A DNA stretch of 63,428 nt, counting the filler, from Octopus bimaculoides (taxonomy: Eukaryota), in assembly GCF_001194135.2 (NCBI RefSeq). It is 4 parts of 4 records of this genome, joined end to end, with 100 filler letters (N's around TTAATTAATTAA, not from the genome) between each part and the next. Parts side by side here need not be neighbours in the genome. Positions count along the whole stretch, not along the records: positions 21,408 to 46,372 come from NC_068985.1; positions 46,473 to 59,218 come from NC_068988.1; 2 more parts are not named here. One strand, written 5' to 3'. The notes beneath the pieces were generated by a model that worked only from the letters and a program-made list of their open reading frames with translations, was not told the origin of the DNA and made no database searches. Below are positions 39,140 to 51,059 of the stretch, one piece after another. Position 1 is the first letter of the stretch. Every line of letters begins with the position of its first letter. A program made the translations under genes and the position numbers.

Positions 39140-40090
39140 ATTCAAATTTTGGCACAAGGCCAGCAATTTCAGAGGAGGTGGGTAAATCGATTACATTGAA
39201 GCTAGTACTTCATTGGCACTTGTTTTATTGACCTTGAAAGGCTGAAAGACGAAACTTACTTCAGTGGAATTTGAACTTAGTACATAAAGACGGACAAAAT
39301 CCACCTAGGTATTATACCCGGCATGCTAACGATTCTGCCAGCTCGCTGCCTTTATATTCTTTTCTACTCTAGGCACAAGGCCCGAAATTTATTTTGGGCG
39401 GGGAGGGAGCCAGTCGATTAGATCGACTCCAGTACGAAAACTAGTACTTAATTTATCAATCCCGAAAGGATGAAAGGCAAAATCGACCTCGGCGGAATTT
39501 GAATTCGGAACATAAAGACAGATGAAATACCGCTAAGTATTTCGCCCAGCGTGCTAACTTTTCTGCCAGCTCGCCGCTTTTATATTATATAACAAAAAGC
39601 AACAAGCTATGGTAGTATATTATATAAAGTAAGGCAGTATGCTGTAGCAGTGTTTAATATTAAAATTATGTCAAGATTTGTTGTAGAAAATATTGGATTT
39701 AAGTTTTGGCACAAAGCCAGCAATTTCTGAGGGGTTTAAATCGATTACATCAACCCAAGTGTTCAACTGGTACTTATTTTATCGACCTTGAAAGACAAAG
39801 TCGACCTCAGTAGAACTGGAACTCAGAACATAAGGACAGACGAAAAGCAGCTAAGCAGTTTGTCCGGTGTGCTAACGATTCTGCCAGTTAGCAGCACTTT
39901 ATATTGTTTTTAATATTGGCTTCAAATTTTGACGCAAAGCCACTAATTCCGAAGAAGTGGGTAAGTCGATTACATCGACCCCGAAAGGATGAAAGATAAA
40001 ATTGAACTTGAACTCCAAATGTAAAGTTGGATGGAATGCCGCTAAGCATTTTTAGCTCGGTGTGATAACGATTCTGTCAGCTCGCCGTCT
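39140..40090 (-). mobile_element. Cluster of four co-oriented SINE family 1 copies
   Basis: Repeated GGCACAAGGCC...ATCGA...GAAAGG.TGAAAG...CTGCCAGCTCGCC units. Confidence 0.88.
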
Positions 40091-40098
40091 TAGTAGTA

Positions 40099-40956
40099 CA
40101 TAATATTAAGTACAGAAAGACGTCTGCAATGTTGTTTGGATAAAGCTTACTCCTATTATGATTTTATGTAATTATTATCACTGTACGCTTCAATCAAAAG
40201 TTCAATAATATTCATAATACTATATGGCAAACATGCCAAAATCCTGTAATCCGTTGTTTGCATAACACCATGGAAAATAAGATTTCGATATAGCAATAAC
40301 TCCTTGGTCCACGTGTTGAATGGAGTTGATTATATTTGTGGGTAGAACAAGCTACTTTTATATTATTTCAAGTTATGAGGCGCGAACTGTCAGAACCGTT
40401 CGCAAACCGCGCAAAATGCTTAGGGGCATTCCGTCCATCTTTACGTTCTGAGCTCAAATTCGTCAGCTTTCTCTTTTGTTCTGAAATAAAATATTTTGTG
40501 TATTTAATTCAATACCTATATATAACAGAATCACGAGAGCATCAGAGAAAATGCTTTACGGTATTTGTCTCGCCTTTTTACATTCTGAAAATAACTTTGC
40601 CTTTCATCCTTATGGGATCCATAAAATATAGTATGAAACAGGTGACAGAAATCACTGTAATCAAGTAACTCGTCATCTCAAAAACGTTGGTCTTTTGCCA
40701 AAATTAGAAACAATTATTTAGACAGCAAGCTAAATCATGAAGTCAATCCTCTTACATTTTGTTCCGTGAACCTCACTTAATAACTGACGTTTACTAAGCT
40801 GACCCAGAAGTATACTAGCGACTGAAGGATCGCACTCAATTCATATAGGTTTGGTTTTTGATTGAAACGTACAGTGATAATAATTACATGAAATCATAAT
40901 AGGAGTAAGCTTTATCCAAACAACATTGCAGCCGTCTTACTGTACTTAATATTATG
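40099..40956. mobile_element. Long-TIR non-autonomous DNA element (MITE-like) carrying two SINE insertions
   Basis: 40096-40199 and 40856-40959 are ~100-bp near-identical inverted repeats (CATAATATTAAGTACAG.AAGACG.CTGCAATGTTGTTTGGATAAAGCTTACTCC...) with TA on both outer sides. Confidence 0.8.
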
Positions 40957-41149
40957 TACAAAATAACTTAAGTTTTTTAGGAAGGAAAAATAGAATTGGT
41001 TACATTTCAATGACTTTTACAAAGAAATTTTCAAACACGAAATCAAAGCCAACTTAGTATTTGGCTCCAAACAGTTGTTATAAACACATTATTTGTATAT
41101 CCGTCCATTATTTATATATCCATATATGGCTAAAGTAAGGGGTTCTTTT

Positions 41150-41360
41150 ACCACCTGGCGTCACACCAAGCCGCTCTCGTCAAACAAAGCATAGTGACCG
41201 CATATTTGTTTATGATTTCATGTAGTGTAAGTGCTTCCCAATTCATCTTGTAAATCACCCTGGACTTAATACTGTTGTATATTCCTCCTGCTGTCGATAA
41301 TCTCTGATTGCAAACAACTAGGTGATGATCAGGTGATAGTTTAGCCCTTCTCTTTACCAT
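41150..41360 (-). mobile_element. RTE-clade LINE fragment (end of the APE endonuclease)
   Basis: VKRRAKLSPDHHLVVC...WEAL matches the RTE motif VKRGAELSTDHHLVV. Confidence 0.65.
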
Positions 41361-42373
41361 AACGGTATTTATATATTTGCATTTATAATAGAAAATAAAC
41401 TGATAATTCTTGCATAGATAGTAAACCAGATCATGCATATATAGAGACAGCATACTAGATAATCCGTATACAGAGACAGCAAACTAATAATTCTTATATA
41501 GACAGTAAGCAAAAACTGCTAATAGATGTTGAAATAAACGATTCAAAGACTTAAGATATCTGGAAATTTATTACCATTACTTTTCATCAAATTTACACAT
41601 TGATCTATTTAAACATTGGTGCTTCTGTAAACAAGAAATTCACATATGTAATTTGAACGAAATTTCTAACAATTTTACAAAATTTCTGCGACTTTGTTTC
41701 AAGTAGAATTTTAAATCCGATTATATAAACTTAGTTTTTAGAAACCTCTTAATTCTATAAAAGGCATTTGTGAAAACATTCTGAGTTTTGTCTGAAACAA
41801 TGTAATTTTATGATCAGCTTTTAGAAATTAGCAAGTTTTATGGTTGCGTTTGTACAAACAGCACAAACGTTTCTGAGAATAATGTTGCTTAATTTCATTC
41901 AGTGTCATTTTTCAAGTTCAGTAAAGCTTTGTGTTAGAATATGAAAAAAATGCAACTGAATGTAATTGCCAAATATCTCAAATTATTAACTTAGGTACAA
42001 GGTAACAAAATTTATAGAGAATAACAATTATAGAGTGAAATATCCGAGTTTCTTTTCTGAAGAAAAGTAACAACCAGAATTGGATTCAATACGGGATTGA
42101 TGTCTAGCTAAAAATTCAAATTACTGAAACCAGTATTTTCATACAGGACAGATTACTCACCCACCGACAAGATTATGCTAACGTAATTACAGGTCTAAAA
42201 ACGAAATTGTAATTTACTATTTGAACGACGAAATAGTATTTCGATAAACTCATTTTTTCATTTTCAGTTTACAAACCATTAATGTTTACAGAATCATCTC
42301 GCAAATATTATTCTTCATATCCCATAACATTTTCTACAAAACATTTGATATTTTCTTATATTTCTTTCACTAG

Positions 42374-42424
42374 ATTTGGTGGCTGTCATCGTTCTTGTGA
42401 GCTCATATGATATTTCATCAGCTG
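42374..42424 (+). CDS. Candidate signal-peptide exon of the SRCR gene (phase 1-1)
   Basis: Acceptor TTTCTTTCACTAG, donor GTAAGT. The only open frame gives LVAVIVLVSSYDISSA(G), which resembles a signal-peptide h/c region. The start exon was not found. Confidence 0.55.
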
Positions 42425-42778
42425 GTAAGTCGTAAATTTATAATATTTATACAAATTAACAACAGGTACAGCTCTGACGAATTGCAAAAAGGTCTTGCTT
42501 AGTATTCCAAATTTGTGTTCTATTTTGTCACCAGAACATCTTTTGCTGGTAATGAAAGTTGACAGCAAAATAACCGTTGACGTAGCTGTAGTCTAAGCTA
42601 CATTTCAGAACACTTTATCGATTGAGTAATCGATACATTTATTGATTAGTGTGATAGCTTGCAGACTTTTAATCATATCATGCCACGATTCAGCAAAAAA
42701 ACGCAGAAAACAAAGTTATTTGGTACTGTTATGTCGTCAAATGCTGAGTATCTGGATTTACTTATGCTGTATTCCTAG

Positions 42779-42898
42779 GCGGAGAAGTAGCAGAGTTGCT
42801 ACAGTTACAAAAAATAGCCTTTACATATAACGGTTTATCGTGTTCGGATTTCACCGTTATAGGATCGATATATATCTACGACGATGAACTGAGGAATC
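42779..42898 (+). CDS. Candidate linker exon of the SRCR gene (phase 1-1)
   Basis: Acceptor GTATTCCTAG, donor GTAAGG. Its single open frame, GGEVAELLQLQKIAFTYNGLSCSDFTVIGSIYIYDDELRN, is phase-compatible with both neighbouring exons. Confidence 0.4.
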
Positions 42899-43492
42899 GT
42901 AAGGATGATGAATAAATTGTTTTACTGCTTTTGTTCCAGCTCATTGCATTCTGATTTCCGTCGTGGCCTGTTCGAATATTGGACTTAATCTCCCTCTCGG
43001 TTTAACAGCACCACCTGATGCTTGCGTGCTTTTAGCGAAATGCATTTTATCGCAAGCACTGGGTCAAGTCTCCTGGTGTGAGATATTCCCCCATCTCTCT
43101 TTCTCTCTCTCTCTCTGTTTCCCTCTATCCCTCCCTCCTTCCCCCCTCTCTCTCTCTGTCTCTCTACCTCTGTCTAACCTACTAATATTAAAGAAACATT
43201 ACTTACAGAAATATCTGTACGTTTGGGAAAGCAATTATTAGTACAATACATAAGATGTCAAGTTTTTATAATAATAATAATGATCTGTCAAGTTAAAGGC
43301 ATAGTTCGTCTAATGAAGAAATGCTTTCTGTGGATTAAGAAAAGAAAAACATATAAAAAGATAGTGTTATTAACTATTAAATGAATTCGAACGTTTAACA
43401 TCATTAATAAAAAGAACAGCATCACTTATCTTATTGAAGGTTCCTTGTTGACTGTAGTTTTACCCATGAAGCATAGAATTTATACGATGTGT

Positions 43493-43582
43493 GTCACGTG
43501 ACAAAATGGTATTCCTTCGTGAACACAAATATTAAACATTCTATGTAGAATTAAAATATATAAATCACGTGACAATATGGCG
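43493..43582. promoter_or_regulatory. Paired E-box (TCACGTGAC) plus YY1-like (AA.ATGG) motifs
   Basis: GTCACGTGACAAAATGG at 43493 and ATCACGTGACAATATGGCG at 43564. Motif match only. Confidence 0.2.
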
Positions 43583-43822
43583 TTATAAGGAGAAGGTAGA
43601 AGAACGTATTAAATGACTAAAATGACGAAGTAAGTATAATAGACGGGGAACCAATCAATGGTATGCTATTTAGTGGAATATAATTTGATTATTATTAAAG
43701 TTTAAGTAATAGGAGCTGATAATGTAATAAGTATCTAAGGTACGTAAGTTATACTATATTATGAGGAATAGTAATATTTCGGTGAACTTATAATAGTTTC
43801 TGAGTAGTTTGTTTAATTTTTG

Positions 43823-44030
43823 TTCGAACTATGTATTATTCACAAACCTACACGACTAACTAAACTTTATTCTCTTCTATAAAGTCATTACTATAGCAAG
43901 TATTATAAAATAAGGTTTAAAACCTATTATTCGAACTATTATTTATCAAATAGCCTACTAACTAACTAAACATTATTCCCTTCTACGAAGTCATTACTAA
44001 AGCAAATATTTAAAATAAGATTTATATGAA
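43823..44030. repeat. ~107-bp tandem duplication (2 copies)
   Basis: TTCGAACTAT...CTAACTAAAC.TTATTC.CTTCTA..AAGTCATTACTA.AGCAA.TATT..AAAATAAG occurs at 43823 and 43930. Confidence 0.85.
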
Positions 44031-44046
44031 CATTATCTAAACTTAT

Positions 44047-44109
<63 letters not shown>

Positions 44110-45066
44110 NNNNNNNNNNNNNNNNNNNNNNNNNNNNNNNNNNNNNNNNNNNNNNNNNNNNNNNNNNNNNNNNNNNNNNNNNNNNNNNNNNNNNNNNNNN
44201 NNNNNNNNNNNNNNNNNNNNNNNNNNNNNNNNNNNNNNNNNNNNNNNNNNNNNNNNNNNNNNNNNNNNNNNNNNNNNNNNNNNNNNNNNNNNNNNNNNNN
44301 NNNNNNNNNNNNNNNNNNNNNNNNNNNNNNNNNNNNNNNNNNNNNNNNNNNNNNNNNNNNNNNNNNNNNNNNNNNNNNNNNNNNNNNNNNNNNNNNNNNN
44401 NNNNNNNNNNNNNNNNNNNNNNNNNNNNNNNNNNNNNNNNNNNNNNNNNNNNNNNNNNNNNNNNNNNNNNNNNNNNNNNNNNNNNNNNNNNNNNNNNNNN
44501 NNNNNNNNNNNNNNNNNNNNTGTATGTATGCGTATATGTGTGTGTATGGTGTTTTGTATGTGTATAGGTTTTTTTTGTATATGTATATATAATTTTATAA
44601 TATATTTTAAAATGAGGTTTTTTTAACATATTTTTATATTTATATATATATATATATATGTGTGTGTGTGAATGTATGTGTGTGTGTGTGTATGTGTTTA
44701 TGACTTGTGAACTTTGCTTGTTTGTCTATGCATACATGTACATGTGAGAGTGCACGTGTGTGCGTGCATGAACGTGTGTGCGCTAATGCTCATTTATTTT
44801 AAACTTACTTCCTAATCGTCTCTGGTATTGGTCTTCGTGGAGTAGTGAATTGTCCAGAGCTGCCTATCTCTGTGTTACTTGCCGCGATATAGTTTCATTA
44901 TTTATAGGAAATAAAATTTGAACACACCCACATTTACACGTTGGAGTCCGAACTTTCATCATTTATTCATATCCTATGTGTGACCTGTTTGATTAATGAG
45001 TTGTCTAAGTAAAAACAAACAATGTAAATCATTTTTGTAAATCATTTATAAATATTTACTTTATAG

Positions 45067-45202
45067 ATTTACCTATAAAAATAGTGCGACACGAATTAAA
45101 AGGACGTGCTGAAATATTTCATAATGGACACTGGGGTTCTATTTGTGATGATAGCTGGACCGATGCAAGTTCTGCAGTTTTCTGTAGGATGCTTGGATAC
45201 AG
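45067..45202 (+). CDS. Exon encoding the N-terminal half of a scavenger receptor cysteine-rich (SRCR) domain
   Basis: TTATAG acceptor and GTAATA donor. LPIKIVRHELKGRAEIFHNGHWGSICDDSWTDASSAVFCRMLGY matches the SRCR consensus GRVEV.HNG.WGTVCDD.W....A.V.CR.LG. Confidence 0.93.
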
Positions 45203-45391
45203 GTAATATATACTTTGGTTTTTAGAATATGAAAAAACCATGAGCTTCTATTTGATGTTTTAAAAATGCGTTATTTTTAAAATGTGTGCAACTTCACAAA
45301 AAAAAAATTAAAGAATGTCTTCGTTGTGTCCAACCTATTAAACTCTATGATGATCTTACACGTGGATCATCCTTTCTCATTTTCACAATAG

Positions 45392-45566
45392 CCGTTCTAT
45401 TGCTCTTGCTTCTAATTCTCAAAGTTGGTGGAAACTTGTTAAAAAATACGCTCATCATTATGAATCAGTTACTCTTCTAGGTGATCACCAGCAAGTTTTG
45501 TTTGTAGATCTAAGTTTTCAAAGTATTCGTGCGCCTACAATATATATCAGTGCTCTTTTTCAGTGA
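45392..45566 (+). CDS. Candidate next/terminal exon of the SRCR gene (non-canonical second half)
   Basis: Strong acceptor TTTCTCATTTTCACAATAG, in phase 2 with the preceding donor. It gives SRSIALASNSQSWWKL...SALFQ*, which has no SRCR C-terminal cysteines. Confidence 0.35.
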
Positions 45567-45673
45567 AAACGTCACCGAAAGCAACTCAGTTGTAAATGAA
45601 AATCACATTGACGTCATGTTTACTCATAGTTATGTCAATCGTAGTGGAGTGCAACATCTTTATAAAAACGTTT

Positions 45674-46372
45674 GAAGAGTTAAGTAAATACAGGGTCCTT
45701 GAAATGAGGGTTACAGAATCTGGCGACTAAGAACGACAACTGTATCTGTAATCAACGGAGCTTTGGAGATAATGCCAAAAGACACTCTTAACTATTATGG
45801 ACAAATTCGAGGAAATCCAGGAATATAATAACATGTTCAAAAATAACCCCAAAAATTTCTACAAGAAGATAGGGAACACACCAGTAACAATAAAGTCTGT
45901 CCCATCAAAAGAAGAAGTGCAAGAATTTTGGAATAAAATATGGGCAGAAGATAAAACACACAATGAAAAGGATTGATAGAATATCTACATTGATAGAATA
46001 TCTACAGACCTAGACTCCTTAGAGGAGCAAAAGTGGGAGTGGGTCAAGGTAGAAGATATAAGATCTGCTCTCAGGAGGTCAAGCAAATGGAAGTCTCCAG
46101 GAAAGGATAAAATTCCTAACTTCTGGTTGAATGCCTTCCCAGAAAGCCATGAACTGCTAACAAAACTTTACAACGATGTTTTGCAAAATCCTAGTTTGAT
46201 GCCCTCTTGGCTAGTTAATGGTTTAACATTCCTGCTTCCAAAAAATGAGGAAACAAACGAACCAAAAAATTATCGCCCCATAACCTGCTTAACAACAATG
46301 TATAAGACGCTAACATCTGTCCTAACCGAGTACACCTATAGTTTTTTAATAGAAAGTAGCATATTCCCTAAT
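45674..46372 (+). mobile_element. R4/Dong-clade LINE fragments: C-terminal piece followed by a pre-RT/RT piece
   Basis: 45674-~45830: LSKYRVLE...TTTVSVINGAL.IMPK...GNPGIYN (RLE tail). Then NMFKNNPKNFYKK...EEVQEFWNKIW...WKSPGKDKIPNFWLNAF...GLTFLLPK...KNYRPITCLTTMYKTLT (RT start), cut by a gap. Confidence 0.92.
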
Positions 46373-46472
46373 NNNNNNNNNNNNNNNNNNNNNNNNNNNN
46401 NNNNNNNNNNNNNNNNTTAATTAATTAANNNNNNNNNNNNNNNNNNNNNNNNNNNNNNNNNNNNNNNNNNNN

Positions 46473-47206
46473 TAGGCATTAAAAACTAGTAATAAAATCC
46501 ATAATCCTTTTACGAATTTATTGAAACAAACGATACATGTTCTTTACTACATGGGAAAACGAAAGTAAATTTTCATGAAGGACGTCGTCTGAGATATCAT
46601 TGAGAACCCCCTGAATCTGTCTCCAAGTCCTCCAGTGTGCGAGGTTTTGTCTTGTACACCTCTTTTGTGTAACTCCACATGTAAAAATCACATGGAGTGG
46701 GATCTAGACTTCTGGACTTTTGCGGTCACAATCTTCAGGTTTTACTTCCTGCATGTAATGGAGTTTCCACGACCTGCTTGACGTGTTGATTTTTTGCGGG
46801 CTGCGATTAAACATTTCCTGCACTGTTTCTACATTCTCTGCTGATCGGGATGCGGTCGGACGGCCACTTCTTGCATCATTCACAGAGCCCGTGGTCATCA
46901 GCTTTACATGACAACTTTTTGTTGTCTTCGGACATGGTGTTTGTTATATGCTTACCTTTCCATGCACGCCACCATCTCTGAACCAAGACAACAGAATTCC
47001 ACACTTCATAGCGTGCTGCTATCTTAACTCGGTCCTGAACAGTCAAGCGATCGGCCATCTGGAAAATGAAAAATAAGGCAATAAGAAAATATGAAATCCC
47101 TATTAGTGCTGTCTGTTTTTAAAATGTTTTCGTCATGACCTCAATGATACAAAAATTCTATAAACAATTTCTAATGACTATACGACTATACTTTCCGTCC
47201 ACCCTG
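46473..47206 (-). mobile_element. Tc1/mariner (maT/DD37D-like) internally deleted transposon
   Basis: TA|CAGGGTGGACGGAAAG terminus at 47206. N-terminal MADRLTVQDRVKIAARY...TGSVNDARSGRP joins the C-terminal ..S.D.TPCDFYMWSY.K.VYKTKPRTLEDL. Confidence 0.85.
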
Positions 47207-47810
47207 TATATATATATATATATAGCTCGAAATATACGTGATATGACAGTCTAGTAGATAGGTAAGTTAATCTTTATATTAAAAGCCATGATGAATTGAA
47301 AGGCTAACAAAAATTTATAAGAACTAGCATTTGTTGGAAGAACAAATAACTGCTGAAAGAACGAAAATTAAATCTATTCTACTATAGTTATCTCCCTTAA
47401 TCCACTAGCTTTTTTTCTTTCTTTTTTTTTTTGCGACTGCTTCAGGATGTAGGAATTGACCTCTACATGGTTGGTTATATGAGCGTTTTGGATTAAAAGA
47501 GCTCTCGGCACTGAAGTAGAATAATAATTTTTTTTTTTTTTTTTTGTGTCGTATCAGTCTTTAGCTACTCTGTGTTTTGTCTGTGGTTGCATAGGTGAAA
47601 CTCAGAATAGCATGACACAGGCTCGACCCATTCTCCCTTGTCAGTCATACGATAAGTGCTTTCTCGTGGCTAAGAAATGTTTTGACTCTTATTTCTAGCA
47701 ATGCTGGTGTTAACTTGTACCCTTGTCACTTTAGTGACGTCTATAGTTTTTGCCTTTTGGTTGTAAACTGTGAATAGCCACTTTTATTTTATACATACAT
47801 ACATACTTAC

Positions 47811-47853
<43 letters not shown>

Positions 47854-49114
47854 NNNNNNNNNNNNNNNNNNNNNNNNNNNNNNNNNNNNNNNNNNNNNNN
47901 NNNNNNNNNNNNNNNNNNNNNNNNNNNNNNNNNNNNNNNNNNNNNNNNNNNNNNNNNNNNNNNNNNNNNNNNNNNNNNNNNNNNNNNNNNNNNNNNNNNN
48001 NNNNNNNNNNNNNNNNNNNNNNNNNNNNNNNNNNNNNNNNNNNNNNNNNNNNNNNNNNNNNNNNNNNNNNNNNNNNNNNNNNNNNNNNNNNNNNNNNNNN
48101 NNNNNNNNNNNNNNNNNNNNNNNNNNNNNNNNNNNNNNNNNNNNNNNNNNNNNNNNNNNNNNNNNNNNNNNNNNNNNNNNNNNNNNNNNNNNNNNNNNNN
48201 NNNNNNNNNNNNNNNNNNNNNNNNNNNNNNNNNNNNNNNNNNNNNNNNNNNNNNNNNNNNNNNNNNNNNNNNNNNNACTCCACAGACACGTGTACCCTTA
48301 ACGTAGTTCTCGGGGATATTCAGTGTGACACACAGTGTGACAAGGCTGGCCCCTTTGAAATACAGGCACAACAGAAACAGGAAGTAAGAGTGAGAGAAAG
48401 TTGTGGTGAAGGAGTACAGCAGGGTTCGCCACCATCCCCTGCCGGAGCCTCGTGGAGCTTTAGGTGTTTTCGCTCAATAAACACTCACAACGCCCGATCT
48501 GGGAATCGAAGCCGCGATCCTATGACCTCGAGTCCGCTGCCCTAAACATTGGGCCATTGCGCCTCCACGTATATACGCATACATACAAGTACGCGCGTGC
48601 GAGAGAGTTATACAAGTCGATAGTGTAACTCTTCTGCTGTACAAAGGTACCACTCAACGTAGTCTTGAATCACAAGGCAAGTGATGCATTTGCGCCATCA
48701 TTGACCCCCTAGTCTCATATCCTTGTTGATAAAAATCCAGGTGTGTACGGTTTAATCCACTCCTTCAAAGTCACTTTCATCACTTTCCCCTCCAGGCGAA
48801 AGACAGAAACAAATAAAAAGAAAAGATTCGATTCCAGTATAAGACTGGTAGGTCATTTATCGACCCAGAAATAAAAAAAAAAAAGAGAAACAAGTTGATC
48901 TTGGTAGTATTTGAACTCAGAGAGCTGGGCCAATTACCTCGCTGCAAACTGTCCGACGGTCTAACGCCTCCTCCAGTCGGTCCACTCGATCGATAATAAT
49001 TAGATGCAATTATTCATATTTCCATGATTATATGCGATGAATATTTTCAACAAACTATGTAGATATTTCTGAAATTTGATCTGGACATTTAGGTACATCC
49101 TTAAGATGCGAATA

Positions 49115-49545
49115 ATCTTTTCTATTCTAGGCAAAAGGCTCGAAATTTTTGGGGAGGGGGCCAGTCGATTAGATCGACCCCATTACGCAACTGGTACTAA
49201 ATTTATCGACCCCAAAAGGATGAAAGGCAAAGTCGACCGCGGCGGAATTTGAACTCAGAACGTAAAGACAGACGAAATACCGCTAAGCATTTCACCCGGC
49301 GTACTAACATTTCTTATTTCGTTACTACCCACAAGCGGCTACACACAGAGGGGACAAACAAGGACAGACAGAGGGATTAAGTCGACTACATCGACCTCAG
49401 TGCGTAAGTGGTACTTAATTTATCGACCCTGAAAGATGAAAAGCAAAGTCGACCTCGGCGGAATTTGAACTCAGAACGTAACGGCAGACGAAATACCGCT
49501 AAGCATTTCATCCGGTGTGCTAACGTTTCTGCCAGCTCCCCACCT
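49115..49545 (-). mobile_element. Dimeric SINE family 1 (same architecture as 22212-22645)
   Basis: Minus-strand junction CTTGTGGGTAGTAACGAAATAAGAAA|TGTTAGTACGCCGG. Confidence 0.85.
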
Positions 49546-50584
49546 TCCGATCAATTATATAATGTAATCGTTACTGCGCATCTTTTTGATATTTTTTCTT
49601 ATGATACACTTGTTCTAATTGGAGAAATAAATAAGTTTTGCTCCTCAACCACATGGTTCCGGGTTCAGTCCCACTGCATGGCACCTTGGGGCGAGTGTCT
49701 TCTACTATAGCCTCCGGCCAACCAAAGCCTTGTGAGTGAATTTGGGGGACGGAAACTGAAAGAGGCCCGTCGTATGTATGTATGTATATATGTATGTATG
49801 TATGTGTGTGAGTCTTTGTGCTTGTGTTTGTCCAACCACCACCACTTGACAACCGGTGTTGGTGTGTTTGCGTCCCCGTAACATTAAGGGTTCGGACAAA
49901 GAGACCGATAGAATAAGTACCAGACTCAAAAAAAATAATAATAATAAGTCCTGGGGCCTATTCATTCGATTAAAAATTCAAGGTGGTGCCCCAGCATGGC
50001 TGCAGTACAATGACAGAAACAAGTAAAAGATAAAAAAAAAATAGAAAGAGATGCAGTTCTGCCAGTATTGTATTACCAGTGGATTTCATTGAAAGTATTT
50101 GAGAAAGGCTGAACTACAAGGATGTCCTTTGTACTGGTTCGAACAACAAGGATTTAATTGATATCGGATAGGTTTTACGTTCTATATCAGTGGTCAAATT
50201 TTACAAATATGTTCTTGATATCCTTGACGAAGTTTTTCTCCTACATTTCTCAAGTTGTCTTTAAAAAGACAATCAAAACATACACAGGGTTATATAGTGA
50301 CTATATAGCGATTTGGCAGTTTATGTTAGAGGAGAATATAGGTGAATTACTGAAATATAGGTGATTTACCGAAATAAAAAGTGACCAGGCTTGAGAGCAA
50401 GTCTCGAGGCAACATAATACATACATACATACAGACAGACAGACAGGACAGACAGGCATTGGCTGTGTGGTAAGAAGCGTGCTTCCCAACCACATGATTC
50501 CGGGTTCCGTCCCACTGCGTAGCACCTTAGGTAAGTGTCTTCTACTATAGCTTCAGGTAGACGAAAACTGAAAGAAGCCCGTCG

Positions 50585-50641
<57 letters not shown>

Positions 50642-50716
50642 ATATGTGTGTGCGTGTATGTATGTAGGCATGTATGTATGTATTATGTATGTATGTATGT
50701 ATGTATGGATGGATGG

Positions 50717-50752
<36 letters not shown>

Positions 50753-51059
50753 ATGTATATGTATATATGTATTTGTGTGTCTGTGAGTGTCCCTGTAGTT
50801 TAGCGGTTCGGCAAAAGTGACCGATAGAATAAGTACTAGGCTTACAAAGAATAAGTCCTGGAGTCGGCTTGTTCAACTAAAGGCGGTGCTCAGCATGGCC
50901 GCAGTCAAATGACTGAAACAAGTAAAAGAATAAAAGAAACAAGACTGTGTGTGTGTATGTGTGTGTGTGTGTGTGTGTAATATAATACGATACAATATGA
51001 TTTAATATGATATAATACTATATATGTATATGTAATATATTATATGTGTGTGTAACCAC

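Noticed and set aside
42940-43241. Extra exon after 42898 (acceptor TTGTTCCAG; ORF MACSNIGLNLP...)
   Set aside because: It would need a 41-nt intron, has only weak donors, and the frame runs into a CT microsatellite.
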